Shown here: positions 1 through 9,245 of the stretch, piece after piece | Numbering within the stretch: position 1 is the stretch's first letter | How the letters are laid out: the number at the start of each line of letters is the position of its first letter | Assembly (NCBI GenBank): GCA_963667175.2 | Contig: CAXXXF010000014.1 | Location: forward strand, 334,072-398,071 | Origin: Candidatus Latescibacterota bacterium | GTDB lineage: Bacteria; Latescibacterota; UBA2968; GCA-2709665 | DNA length: 64,000 nucleotides | Direction: 5' to 3' | Program-made: the position numbers and the translations under genes | Notes under the pieces: generated by a model | Databases searched by the model: none | The model's input: only the letters and a program-made list of their open reading frames with translations | What the model was told of the DNA's origin: nothing

Positions 1-1
1 C

Positions 2-718
2 ATCGATGGAAACGGCCATCTCGAACCGGTCTCACAGATCGTCCTGCACGAGGGATCCAGCGTCGACACGGGGCGGCAGGAGGCGCCTCACGTTCATTCT
101 GTCGTTCTCTCGCCCGATCACCGATTCGCGTTTGCCGCCGACCTGGGTATCGACAAGGTCATGTGCTATGAACTGGATGCGTCGTCGGCCTCCATCGAGC
201 CGACCGGGCAGGCGTTCGTGTCCACACGGGCCGGCGCGGGACCCCGGCACATCTCCTTCCATCCCGATGGCAGCAGGGCGTACGTGATCAACGAGCTCGA
301 CAGCACCATCGCCGTCTTTGACTACGAAGCGGAAACCGGATCCCTTGCCGAACGCCAGACCCTTTCCGCCCTGCCCGATGACTACGTCGGCGAGAACTTC
401 TGCGCGGACGTCCGGGTCCATCCGTCCGGCCGTTTCCTCTACGGCTCCAACCGGGGGCACGACAGCATCACGGTGATGGCGATTGACGGCGCAACGGGCG
501 AACTCTCGCCACTCGGCCACGAGCCATCCCGCGGCGCGTGGCCCTGGAACCTGGAATTCGATCCCGCCGGCAGATATCTCCTCGTCGCCAACCAGCGCGG
601 CAACGCGGTCTCCTGTTTCCGGATCGTCCCTGACACCGGCGCCCTCGATCCCGTCGGCAGTCCCGTTGAGGTACCGGGCGCAGTCTGTGTTGAAATTCCA
701 TCCCCGGCCGTTCGATAA
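2..718 (+). CDS. pgl: 6-phosphogluconolactonase / lactonase-family beta-propeller (5' truncated by window edge)
   Basis: Frame open from base 2: RQEAPHVH..., ADLGIDKV, GAGPRHISFHP, YVINEL, FLYGSNRGHDSI, LVANQ motifs typical of the YbhE/Pgl lactonase family. Confidence 0.85.
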   Translation: MDGNGHLEPVSQIVLHEGSSVDTGRQEAPHVHSVVLSPDHRFAFAADLGIDKVMCYELDASSASIEPTGQAFVSTRAGAGPRHISFHPDGSRAYVINELDSTIAVFDYEAETGSLAERQTLSALPDDYVGENFCADVRVHPSGRFLYGSNRGHDSITVMAIDGATGELSPLGHEPSRGAWPWNLEFDPAGRYLLVANQRGNAVSCFRIVPDTGALDPVGSPVEVPGAVCVEIPSPAVR

Positions 719-719
719 C

Positions 720-1940
720 ATGGCGCCATCCACCAACGACGGACCCCTCGCCGGATGTCGCGTACTGGAGATGGGCAGCACCGTTTCCGGCCCGTTCTGC
801 GGCCGCCTCCTGGCGGACTTCGGCGCGGAAGTCATCAAAGTGGAGCCGCCGTCCGGAGACCCGGTGCGCCAGATGGGCAGACGCAGCCGGGGCCGCTCGC
901 TGTACGCGGCCAGCATCCTGCGCAACAAACATCTCATCTCGGTGGATCTCAGAACACCCGGGGGTCAGGACGTCGTCAAGCGGCTGGTGAGCGCCTGCGA
1001 CGTGGTTGTCGAGAATTTCCGGCCGGGAACGCTGGAGGCGTGGAACCTGGGTTACGACAGCCTCGCCGCGGTCAACCGCGGCATCATCCTCGTCCGAATC
1101 AGCGGGTACGGACAGACGGGCCCCTACCGCCACCGCCCCGGATACGGCGTGACCAGCGAGGCGGTGGGCGGACTCAGAGAGATCACGGGCGAGCCCGACC
1201 GGCCGCCCAGCCGTGTGAGTATCTCCCTCACGGATTGCATTACGGGGCTGTACGCCGCATTCGGCGCGGTCATGGCACTCTTCTCCAGGAACCGAACGGG
1301 TCGCGGGCAGGTGATTGACGCGGCGCTGTACGAGGGGGCGTTCAGCTTTATGGAACCCCATGTCCCGGCATTCGCCGCGCTGGGGGCCGTCCCCACCCGT
1401 ACGGGGTCCAGGTTGCCGAACAGCACGCCGAACAACCTCTATCCCACGGCGGACGGGGACTTCATCCACGTCACCGCGGGCAACGACGCCACCTTCGAAC
1501 GCCTCGCCGCGTGCATGGGCGCCCCGCATCTTGCCGAAGACGAACGCTTCAGGACACCCACGGCCCGGTCGCGGCACGAGGACGACATCGACGGCATCAT
1601 CGCCGACTGGACGTCGGGGCGTCCGCTCACGGAACTGGAGCGCGAGCTGGACGCGAGTGCCGTACCTGCCGCCAGGATATTCACGCTGCGGGACATTTTC
1701 GCCGATGAACACTACCGTGCGCGAGATATGCTGGTGGAAATGCCGGATGACGTGCTCGGGTCGGTCACGCTGCCGGGCGTGGTGCCCGGTCTTTCGGAAA
1801 CGCCGGGCGCCGTGCGTTGGGCCGGGCGGGAAGTGGGGGTCGATACCAGGGACGTACTGACACGGGTCGCAGGATACGAAGCCTGTGAAATTCACGCGCT
1901 TGCCCGGCAGAAGACCATTTACGCGACGTCACCGCCTTGA
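720..1940 (+). CDS. Family III CoA-transferase (CaiB/BaiF)
   Basis: GPLAGCRVLE, GPFCGRLLADFGAEVIKVE, DVVVENFRPG, ISGYGQTGPY motifs; ATG at 720 directly after upstream stop. Confidence 0.9.
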   Translation: MAPSTNDGPLAGCRVLEMGSTVSGPFCGRLLADFGAEVIKVEPPSGDPVRQMGRRSRGRSLYAASILRNKHLISVDLRTPGGQDVVKRLVSACDVVVENFRPGTLEAWNLGYDSLAAVNRGIILVRISGYGQTGPYRHRPGYGVTSEAVGGLREITGEPDRPPSRVSISLTDCITGLYAAFGAVMALFSRNRTGRGQVIDAALYEGAFSFMEPHVPAFAALGAVPTRTGSRLPNSTPNNLYPTADGDFIHVTAGNDATFERLAACMGAPHLAEDERFRTPTARSRHEDDIDGIIADWTSGRPLTELERELDASAVPAARIFTLRDIFADEHYRARDMLVEMPDDVLGSVTLPGVVPGLSETPGAVRWAGREVGVDTRDVLTRVAGYEACEIHALARQKTIYATSPP

Positions 1941-1996
1941 AATGCAGTAAGCTGGATGCAGCAGGTGGCCTGGCGCCCGGTGTACAGGAGACACAG

Positions 1997-3562
1997 ATGA
2001 ACTGGCAGAAAGAAACCGATGAACTCGACGCGCGTCGATCCTGGTCCAGAAAGATGGGCGGGGCCGAGAACGTCGAACGCCATCACGGACAGGGAAAGCT
2101 CACCATTCGCGAACGCATCGACGCCCTGGTGGACAGCGGCTCGTTCACAGAGGTCGGGAGCCTCAGCGGCACAGGCGAGTACGACGAGGCCGGCAACGTC
2201 GTCAACGTGCAGCCCGCCCCCTACATCATGGGCGTGGCCCGCATCAACGGAAGACCCGTGGCCATCGGCGGAGAGGATTTTACCGTCCGGGGCGGCAGCA
2301 GTCCCGGCACCCACCGGCGAAAGGGCGGACAGGGCGGCTTTATTGAGGACCTTGCATCCAAGTATCTCATTCCGCTCGTCAACCTCGCGGACGGGGCCGG
2401 CGGTTCGGTCCGCGGCGCCGTAAAACGGGGGTACACCGTATTCCCCGGCGTCAGCAGTTTCGGCCGCTCCGTCCAACTCCTCGGCGAAGTCCCTGTTGTA
2501 TCCGCCGTACTCGGCAGCGCGGCCGGCGGTCCCGCCGGACGGGCCATACTCTCGCACTGGTCCGTCATGGTACGACGCACGAGCCAGATCTTCTCCGGCG
2601 GTCCGCCCCTCGTCAAGCGGGCGCTCGGGGTAGAGGTATCAAAGGATGACCTTGGCGGACCCCACATCGCGGTGGACGCGGCCGGCACGGTCGACAATGC
2701 GGTCGATACCGAACGCGAGTGCTTTTACATGATCCGGCGATTTCTCTCCTACATGCCCCAGAACGTATGGGAACTGCCCCCCGCCGAGTCCAGCGACGAC
2801 CCGGTTGACCGGTGTGACGAGGAACTGTTGTCAATCGTCCCAAGAGAACGCACCTCCCCCTATTCGATGCACCGCCTGGTCGAACTGGTAGTGGACAAGG
2901 GCTCCGTCTTTGAAATCCAGCCGACGTTCGGACGCGCGCTCATCACCTGCCTCGCCCGGCTCAACGGCCATCCGGTAGGAATCGTCGCCAACAACCCCAT
3001 GGTGTCCGGCGGCGCGATGGGCGCCGGCGAAGCCAAAAAACAGACCCATTTCATCGAACTGTGCGACTGCTTCCACGTCCCGCTGATCTTTTTCGTGGAC
3101 ATCCCCGGATTCATGATCGGCGCCGCCGCCGAGCAGGAGGCGACCCTGCGCGAAGGGATGAAAGCGGTCTTCGCGATTCACAGGGTCCGTGTGCCCATCC
3201 TCACCCTTGTGATCCGGAAGTGTTACGGCATGGCCGGAATGGCCGCCGGCGACATGGACGAACTGGACTTCAAGATCGCCTGGCCTTCCGGAGAGTGGGG
3301 CTCCCTCCCCATCGAAGGAGGCGTTGCCGCGGCCTACCGTCGGGATATCGCGAATTCCGAGAACCCGGAAGCCCGTGAGAAGGAACTTGAAGAGGAACTC
3401 CGACAGTTCGCGTCTCCATTCCGCTCCGCGGAAGCCTTTGCGGTCGAGGAAATCATCGATCCGCGCGAAACCCGCCCCTTTCTCTGCAACTTCATTTCCC
3501 TCACCCGCAACCGCCTCAAGAGCCTGCTCGGTCCCACCGATAAACGAGGCGTTTCGCCGTAG
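1997..3562 (+). CDS. Acyl-CoA carboxylase carboxyltransferase (beta) subunit
   Basis: GKLTIRERIDALVD, DFTVRGGS, FFVDIPGFMIG, IIDPRETR motifs; AGGAG RBS before ATG 1997. Confidence 0.88.
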   Translation: MNWQKETDELDARRSWSRKMGGAENVERHHGQGKLTIRERIDALVDSGSFTEVGSLSGTGEYDEAGNVVNVQPAPYIMGVARINGRPVAIGGEDFTVRGGSSPGTHRRKGGQGGFIEDLASKYLIPLVNLADGAGGSVRGAVKRGYTVFPGVSSFGRSVQLLGEVPVVSAVLGSAAGGPAGRAILSHWSVMVRRTSQIFSGGPPLVKRALGVEVSKDDLGGPHIAVDAAGTVDNAVDTERECFYMIRRFLSYMPQNVWELPPAESSDDPVDRCDEELLSIVPRERTSPYSMHRLVELVVDKGSVFEIQPTFGRALITCLARLNGHPVGIVANNPMVSGGAMGAGEAKKQTHFIELCDCFHVPLIFFVDIPGFMIGAAAEQEATLREGMKAVFAIHRVRVPILTLVIRKCYGMAGMAAGDMDELDFKIAWPSGEWGSLPIEGGVAAAYRRDIANSENPEAREKELEEELRQFASPFRSAEAFAVEEIIDPRETRPFLCNFISLTRNRLKSLLGPTDKRGVSP

Positions 3563-3863
3563 CGTCGCTACGCAGCCCCTCCGCCCCCAAAGCCACGTCT
3601 CCCCGGGTGAGACGGAAGACGGGAGAGGGGAGATAATGACATCGCGTCCACAGGATGACGATATGGGCTGGCGTTGTCAATTCATCAATTCGCGAAGACC
3701 TGTCTCCTGCGCGAAACCAATTATCGAGTGGGTTGTCCGACGAAAGGCGCCCTGTCAGGACGCGATAGATAAACCGCAGGCGGACCAACTCGTCTACCGT
3801 CTTCCGTCTCACCGCCTTAGTGTTACCCATGTCCCAGAACACCTTTCGGTAATGTATGTAATC

Positions 3864-3898
3864 TTGATATATTGTATGAAATCTTGTATATTTATACA
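3864..3898 (+). promoter_or_regulatory. Putative sigma70 promoter of the TA operon with overlapping palindromic operator
   Basis: TTGATA (3864-3869), 17-bp spacer, TATATT (3887-3892); palindrome TGTATA-TT-TATACA (3885-3898) overlaps the -10 box. Confidence 0.55.
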
Positions 3899-3927
3899 TA
3901 AACCAGATACCATCGAAGGAGGCATAT

Positions 3928-4242
3928 ATGCCGCGTGACAGGACGTTACACATCAAGCTCGATGAAGAGACGGACTCGATGCTCAGAAGATTGGCGGAGA
4001 TCCGCCGGAAGAGCAGAGGACAGCTTGTCCGGGACGCGATATCGGCATGTTATCAGACGGCGTTCGCCGAGTTGCCGCTCCGGCAGAGCCGGGCGCTCGC
4101 CGCCTATCGGGGCGGGTACATCAGCCTCGGGAAACTCGCCAGGGAAATGGGCATGCACGTGTTGCAGCTGAGAGCCTGGCTGAACGAACACGGCATTCCC
4201 CAGCGCAACGTGTACGGAGACGAGGACGCCGCACGTGCCTGA
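3928..4242 (+). CDS. Antitoxin-like protein, N-terminal ribbon-helix-helix plus UPF0175-like domain
   Basis: RTLHIKLDEETDSMLRRLA...SRGQLVRDAI (RHH) and YRGGYISLGKLAREMGM...LNEHGIP (UPF0175-like); GGAGG RBS; overlaps the PIN gene. Confidence 0.72.
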   Translation: MPRDRTLHIKLDEETDSMLRRLAEIRRKSRGQLVRDAISACYQTAFAELPLRQSRALAAYRGGYISLGKLAREMGMHVLQLRAWLNEHGIPQRNVYGDEDAARA

Positions 4243-4747
4243 ATCCGGCGCCCGTTCTTATCTCGACACCGTTACCCTGAGCAATTTCGCCCTCTCGGGC
4301 CGCATCGACGTGCTCGTTGCGAGATACGGACGGCGCGCAATCGTCCCGCAGCAGGTCCTCGACGAGATTGCAGACGGTATCGTCACGGGATATTCGGATT
4401 TGCGGGGGGTTGAGGCGGCGGTTGCAAACGGGGAATTCAGCAGCGCGGAAGGCTTCTCCGCGGAAGAACGCGAGTTCTACCGTAATCTGCTGCGGACCCT
4501 GTCGCCGGGAGAAGCGTCGTGCGTAACCCTCGCGCGAACCCGCGGGGGCGTTGTCGTCACGGACGACCGGACGGCCAGAAACCGCTGCTTCGATGACGGC
4601 GTTCCCGTTACGGGAACGATCGGAATCCTCAAAGCGTGCGTGCTGGATGGAATCCTGTCGCCCCGGGAAGCCGATGACGCTCTGCGAGCGATGACGGCTG
4701 CCGGATATTACTCAGCGGTCAGCAGTATCAGCGCCGTTGTCCGGTGA
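4235..4747 (+). CDS. PIN-domain protein (DUF3368-like), putative toxin
   Basis: YLDTVTLSNF, VPQQVLDEI, LSPGEASC, VVTDDRTAR, VTGTIGIL motifs. Confidence 0.78.
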   Translation: MPESGARSYLDTVTLSNFALSGRIDVLVARYGRRAIVPQQVLDEIADGIVTGYSDLRGVEAAVANGEFSSAEGFSAEEREFYRNLLRTLSPGEASCVTLARTRGGVVVTDDRTARNRCFDDGVPVTGTIGILKACVLDGILSPREADDALRAMTAAGYYSAVSSISAVVR

Positions 4748-6634
4748 CGAAGACACGCGGCCGGCGGACCGGCGGTTCATGAACGCGACGATTCCGGCAA
4801 CGAGGACGGCGGACCCCTGAATCCAGACCCGCAAGCCGCCGGAAGGGGTGAGAAAGAGGACAAGCGCCGCAGCGAGCAGGATGCCGCGCTGCCAGGGATT
4901 CAGAGGGGCGAAGCCGTACCCGGAGATAGCCGCGGCCAGTGGAAGAATCCCGGCGAACACGACGAGGACGTTGACGACGGTCGACGCAAGGTCCGTGGAG
5001 ACGAGAAGCAGTTCGGGATGCAGTACGAAGGCGTAGGGCAGGGCGAAACCCACCAGGGCGAAACGAAATGCCGCGAGGCCCGTGCGCATGATGTCCGCCT
5101 TCGCGATTGCGGCTGCGGTGTAGGCGGCCAGCGCGACGGGCGGCGTCACCATCGACATCATCCCGAAATAGAAGATGAACAGATGCGCCGCCAGGGGCAC
5201 AACGCCCAGTTCGCCCAGGACAGGGCCGACGAGCGTGGCCATCAGGAGATAGCAGACGGCCGAAGGCAGGCCCATTCCCAGGATGATTGTGGAAATCATC
5301 AACAGAATCAGGGCAAGGACGAGGTTGTTCTGCGCCAGCGGCAGAATGGCGCCGGGCAGCCTGGCGCCGACCCCCGTGAGGGTGACCACCCCGATGATGA
5401 TGCCCACGCAGGCAGCCGCCGCGATGAGGGACACGCCGCCGTGGGCCGCGCCCTCCACGGCGCGCAGCAGCGAACGGGGCCCCATGCGCGTCGACGGCTT
5501 CAACGCGGCCGCCAGGAGCGTGCAGACCAGGGCGATGCTGACCGCCCGGAACGGCGTATACCCGAGGACGATCAGCACGATCAGGCTCAGCAGCGCCACG
5601 AGGAATACAACGCCTGGGGCGCTCCGGGGGCGATCCGGGGGACGTTCATCGCCCGCGGCAACCCGGATGCGCCGGGCGTGAAAGTGGACGATCAGCAGAA
5701 GCGCGGTATAGTAGAATACCGCGGGGATGAGCGCCGCCCTGACGATCTCCAGGTAGGTGACCGCCGGATCGACCATCTCCAGCATCATGTAGGCGCCCGC
5801 GCCCATAATCGGCGGCGCCAGCGCACCGCCCGAACTGGCGGCCGCTTCGATCCCCCCTGCCGCCACGGGCCGGAATCCTGCCGAACGCATCATCGGAATT
5901 GTAAACGTACCGGTTGTGGCCGTGTTCGCGACCGCGCTCCCGGAAAGTGATCCCATGATCCCTGACGAGACGACGGCAACCTTCGCGGGCCCGCCGGTGC
6001 GCCTTCCGAAAAACCTGCGCGCGGTATCCAGTACGTACCCGGTCGCGCCCGTCCCTTCCAGCGTCGTGCCGAACAGAACGAAGAGAAAGACATACGTGAA
6101 CATCACCTTCAGCGCGATGCCGAACACGCCCTGCGAATGCAGAAAGGTCTGGGAGACAATACGCTCCCAGCCGTACCCCCTGTGAGGAAAGAGCCAGTCG
6201 GGCATGACGTGGCCCAGGGCGGCATACGCCAGGAACGCGAGAGACAGCAGCGGCAGCGTGGGCCCGATCGCACGGCGGGTCGCTTCCAGGATGAGAATCA
6301 GACCGACCAGGCCGACCGCCCAATCCAGCGGAAGTTCCAGACCCGCGCGATTGCCCAGACTGCGGCCGCCCAGCCAGAAGGCTTCGAAGACCGGTTCGGT
6401 CTGAATCACCACGTAGCCGAAGCAAAAGAGTACAGCGGCAACGAAAAGCAGGGCCAGTGGTCTTCTCCTGGCAACTCCGGTACCGACCTGCGGCTTCAGG
6501 AATACAAGACTCAAGCCCAACATGGCAAAGAAAGCCAGTTGGGCTTGAGGCGTCAGTCCCGGATAGTTGACCTCAGCCAGGACGAATAAACTCAGCAGGA
6601 CCGCCAGGATGCGAAAAAGCCATGTCTCGAGCAT
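4712..6634 (-). CDS. TRAP transporter fused 4TM/12TM permease (TAXI type)
   Basis: Highly hydrophobic; GGPAKVAVVSS, GSAVANT, GTFTIPMM, IEAAASSGG, TPPVALAAY motifs. Confidence 0.92.
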   Translation of the reverse strand: MLETWLFRILAVLLSLFVLAEVNYPGLTPQAQLAFFAMLGLSLVFLKPQVGTGVARRRPLALLFVAAVLFCFGYVVIQTEPVFEAFWLGGRSLGNRAGLELPLDWAVGLVGLILILEATRRAIGPTLPLLSLAFLAYAALGHVMPDWLFPHRGYGWERIVSQTFLHSQGVFGIALKVMFTYVFLFVLFGTTLEGTGATGYVLDTARRFFGRRTGGPAKVAVVSSGIMGSLSGSAVANTATTGTFTIPMMRSAGFRPVAAGGIEAAASSGGALAPPIMGAGAYMMLEMVDPAVTYLEIVRAALIPAVFYYTALLLIVHFHARRIRVAAGDERPPDRPRSAPGVVFLVALLSLIVLIVLGYTPFRAVSIALVCTLLAAALKPSTRMGPRSLLRAVEGAAHGGVSLIAAAACVGIIIGVVTLTGVGARLPGAILPLAQNNLVLALILLMISTIILGMGLPSAVCYLLMATLVGPVLGELGVVPLAAHLFIFYFGMMSMVTPPVALAAYTAAAIAKADIMRTGLAAFRFALVGFALPYAFVLHPELLLVSTDLASTVVNVLVVFAGILPLAAAISGYGFAPLNPWQRGILLAAALVLFLTPSGGLRVWIQGSAVLVAGIVAFMNRRSAGRVSSSPDNGADTADR

Positions 6635-6635
6635 G

Positions 6636-7670
6636 TCAGTTGGGCCAGATTCCGATTTCCCTGTAAAACCTGATCGCCCCGGGATGGAACGGTGTGCCGG
6701 TATCCCGAATCACGTTCCCAGGCTGGATGGCTTTGCCCGCGGGATGCTTCTTCACCACGTCCGCGCGGTTCTCGTAGAGAATCCTGGTAAACCGGTAGAC
6801 CGTCTCCTCGTCCAGGGCGGCAGGCGTCACAAGGTGCATCGAGCCCACGTTCATGCCGTCGAAGGCCTCCGCCTGGCCGCGATAGGTATTCGCCGGAATA
6901 CTTGCCGCATTGAAGAACGGATAGTCCCGGAACAGACGTTCTTTTTCGGGAACGCCGAAGGGTATGAAGCGGACGTCCTGCGAAGCGCTCGCCTGGGTGA
7001 TGGACGCCGTGGGCACGGCGCCGCCCAGAAAGGCCGCGGCGGCGGACCCGTCCGCGAGCATATCCACGGCGCCGGCCTGCGTATTGTGCAACGGGCTGAA
7101 GTCCTCGTAGGTGACACCGTGAGCATTCAGTATCGGCGCGAGGAAATACTCGAACCCGGCGCCGGCGGGGCCAACGACAACCCGTTTGCCCCTGAGATCG
7201 CCGATGGCGCGGATTTCCGTGCCTTCCGGCGTCACGAAGAGAGCGATATTCGGGGCCAGCGTCATCACGGCGTTGATGGCCTGCTTTTCGCCCCAGGCGC
7301 CCTCGCCCCGCACCGCAAAATACGATATCGCGGCATTGGCCAGCGCGAAATCCAGCTCCCCGCGCACGAGCCGGCGGATGTTCTCCTGCGTCCCCTTGGT
7401 CGCCTCCGCGGATACGTCCCACGACAGGTCGCCCGCGCGGTCGTCCACGACCTGCGCGATCGCGCCGCCGACCACAAAAAACGCGCCCCCCGGCGGCGCG
7501 GTGCCGACGCTCAGGAACCGGCGCTGGGGCTCGGTCGTTTCCCGCCCGCTGTCCGGCGCCTCGCATCCGAACGCAACCAGAAGGATTGCAATCGCTGCGC
7601 CGGCAACGCGTGTCATGCCCTCAAACCGGTCCATCGAATCTCCTCTCTCCATTCGGTTCCGTGTCTCCAA
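6636..7670 (-). CDS. TAXI-family TRAP solute-binding protein (true start may be a few codons downstream)
   Basis: Lipoprotein-like signal (LLVAFGC), GTAPPGGAFF, ATKGTQEN, DLRGKRVVVG, PFHPGAIRFYRE. Confidence 0.9.
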   Translation of the reverse strand: METRNRMERGDSMDRFEGMTRVAGAAIAILLVAFGCEAPDSGRETTEPQRRFLSVGTAPPGGAFFVVGGAIAQVVDDRAGDLSWDVSAEATKGTQENIRRLVRGELDFALANAAISYFAVRGEGAWGEKQAINAVMTLAPNIALFVTPEGTEIRAIGDLRGKRVVVGPAGAGFEYFLAPILNAHGVTYEDFSPLHNTQAGAVDMLADGSAAAAFLGGAVPTASITQASASQDVRFIPFGVPEKERLFRDYPFFNAASIPANTYRGQAEAFDGMNVGSMHLVTPAALDEETVYRFTRILYENRADVVKKHPAGKAIQPGNVIRDTGTPFHPGAIRFYREIGIWPN

Positions 7671-8969
7671 TCAATTCCGCGTGTCTTCCGCAATACAATA
7701 GAGGTGGCTGCGCCCCCGCAAATAGAGGTCGTCCCCCACAACAACCGGCGACGCCCCGCTCCCTTCGTCCAGGGTGTTCTTCGCCAGAACCTCGAATTCA
7801 GGGCCGTTCCTGACAACGAGCGTGGTACCCTCGAGGTCGGAAATGTACACGCGGCCGCCGGCGCCTACCAGCGACGCGTAGACGAAGCCCATCCCGTCAA
7901 TGCGTTCCGGCCCGAAGAGTGGCTTCCCGGTGCCCGCGTCATAGCAGGACAGGATCGCTCCCCGGCCCTTCATGAGAAACAGCCGGCCGCCGTAGAGCAG
8001 GGGTGACGACACATAGGGTGTGTTCCGCGCGATCGACCATACAACCGAGTTCGAACCCGAGACGTCGCCCTTCGCCCTGGCCAGATCAATTGCCTGCATG
8101 GCGGGGTCCCTGTGGCCGCTGGCCACGTACACCACCCCGTTTTCGTACAACGGCGTCGGAATCACGTTCGTCCCCAATCCGCCGCATTCCCAGATCAACG
8201 CACCGGTCTTCAGGTCGTAGCCACGGGTGCGGCGCGACGCGCTGACGATCACCTGGATCCGGCCGCCGTGGTCAATAGGCAGCGGCGTGGACCAGGAGGT
8301 CACCTCATCCCGCGCCTTGCGCCAGAGTTCCCTGCCCGACGATTTGTCCAGCGCGACAATGAATGAGTCCCCTTCGTGGTCCCAGTTGATCACCAGCGTG
8401 CTGCCGTGGATCATTGGCGAAGCCCCCTCGCCGAAAGCGGCCCTGCTCCAGTATTTGCCCAGATCTTTCTCCCACTTCAGATTGCCGTCCATGTCGAGGC
8501 AATAGAGCCCCTGCGACCCGAAATACGCAAAGAGGTGTTCCCCGTCCGTAATGCCCGAGGGTGACGCAAACGACGCCGTCCGGTGCATTCCCTCGTGCGG
8601 CCGGGCCTCCCGGACCGTCTTTTCCCAGATGGTTTCTCCGGTCCCGCGATCCAGGGCCAGGACCCTGTATTGAAACAGATTGGGCGGGGGTTGGCGCCTT
8701 CCCCCTCCGGTGTTCTCCACAACCTTGTCAGTCATGACGGCTGTCTGCACGAAAATCCGCTCGCCCCAGACAACCGGCGTTGCGTGGCCCAGACCGGGAA
8801 TGGGCGCCTTCCATCTGATATTCTTCCCTTCGCTCCACTCAACGGGCGGATTCGCCCCGTCGACCAGCCCGTTGCGGTTCGGTCCGCGCCAATGCGGCCA
8901 GTCTGACGCGGCCGGTCCGGTTGAAACCAGCAGACAGAAAACAGAAAAGGCCAGCGTCATCCGATTCAT
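7671..8969 (-). CDS. Secreted PQQ-binding-like beta-propeller repeat protein
   Basis: Signal peptide, DWPHWRGP, repeated W-x-x blades, SWSTP and YVSSP motifs. Confidence 0.85.
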   Translation of the reverse strand: MNRMTLAFSVFCLLVSTGPAASDWPHWRGPNRNGLVDGANPPVEWSEGKNIRWKAPIPGLGHATPVVWGERIFVQTAVMTDKVVENTGGGRRQPPPNLFQYRVLALDRGTGETIWEKTVREARPHEGMHRTASFASPSGITDGEHLFAYFGSQGLYCLDMDGNLKWEKDLGKYWSRAAFGEGASPMIHGSTLVINWDHEGDSFIVALDKSSGRELWRKARDEVTSWSTPLPIDHGGRIQVIVSASRRTRGYDLKTGALIWECGGLGTNVIPTPLYENGVVYVASGHRDPAMQAIDLARAKGDVSGSNSVVWSIARNTPYVSSPLLYGGRLFLMKGRGAILSCYDAGTGKPLFGPERIDGMGFVYASLVGAGGRVYISDLEGTTLVVRNGPEFEVLAKNTLDEGSGASPVVVGDDLYLRGRSHLYCIAEDTRN

Positions 8970-9245
8970 AACGCGCTCCTTTCACGACATAAGACCCCAG
9001 AAGCCCGACTTCGCGCCTTCAACTGAAGATACGCTCTGCGACTCCGGAATTGAACTCTTATTTTGGTTGCCAAGCCCCAGCCAAAAATACCTCACCATTC
9101 TTCCGCCGATTCATCCCGTCTCGCCGCGTTGCCATCGCTCGCCGACCTGGCCAGGTCGCCTGCGCTCTGGCGCCTTGCGAGACGGGCGACTCGACGGCCG
9201 AATTCAGGCAACTTATTTCCGGGACAGAACACTAGCGTGCAGGCC

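Noticed and set aside
3563-3850. ORFs 3324-3938 and 3516-3956 in the intergenic region
   Set aside because: No recognisable motifs; overlap neighbouring genes and the promoter
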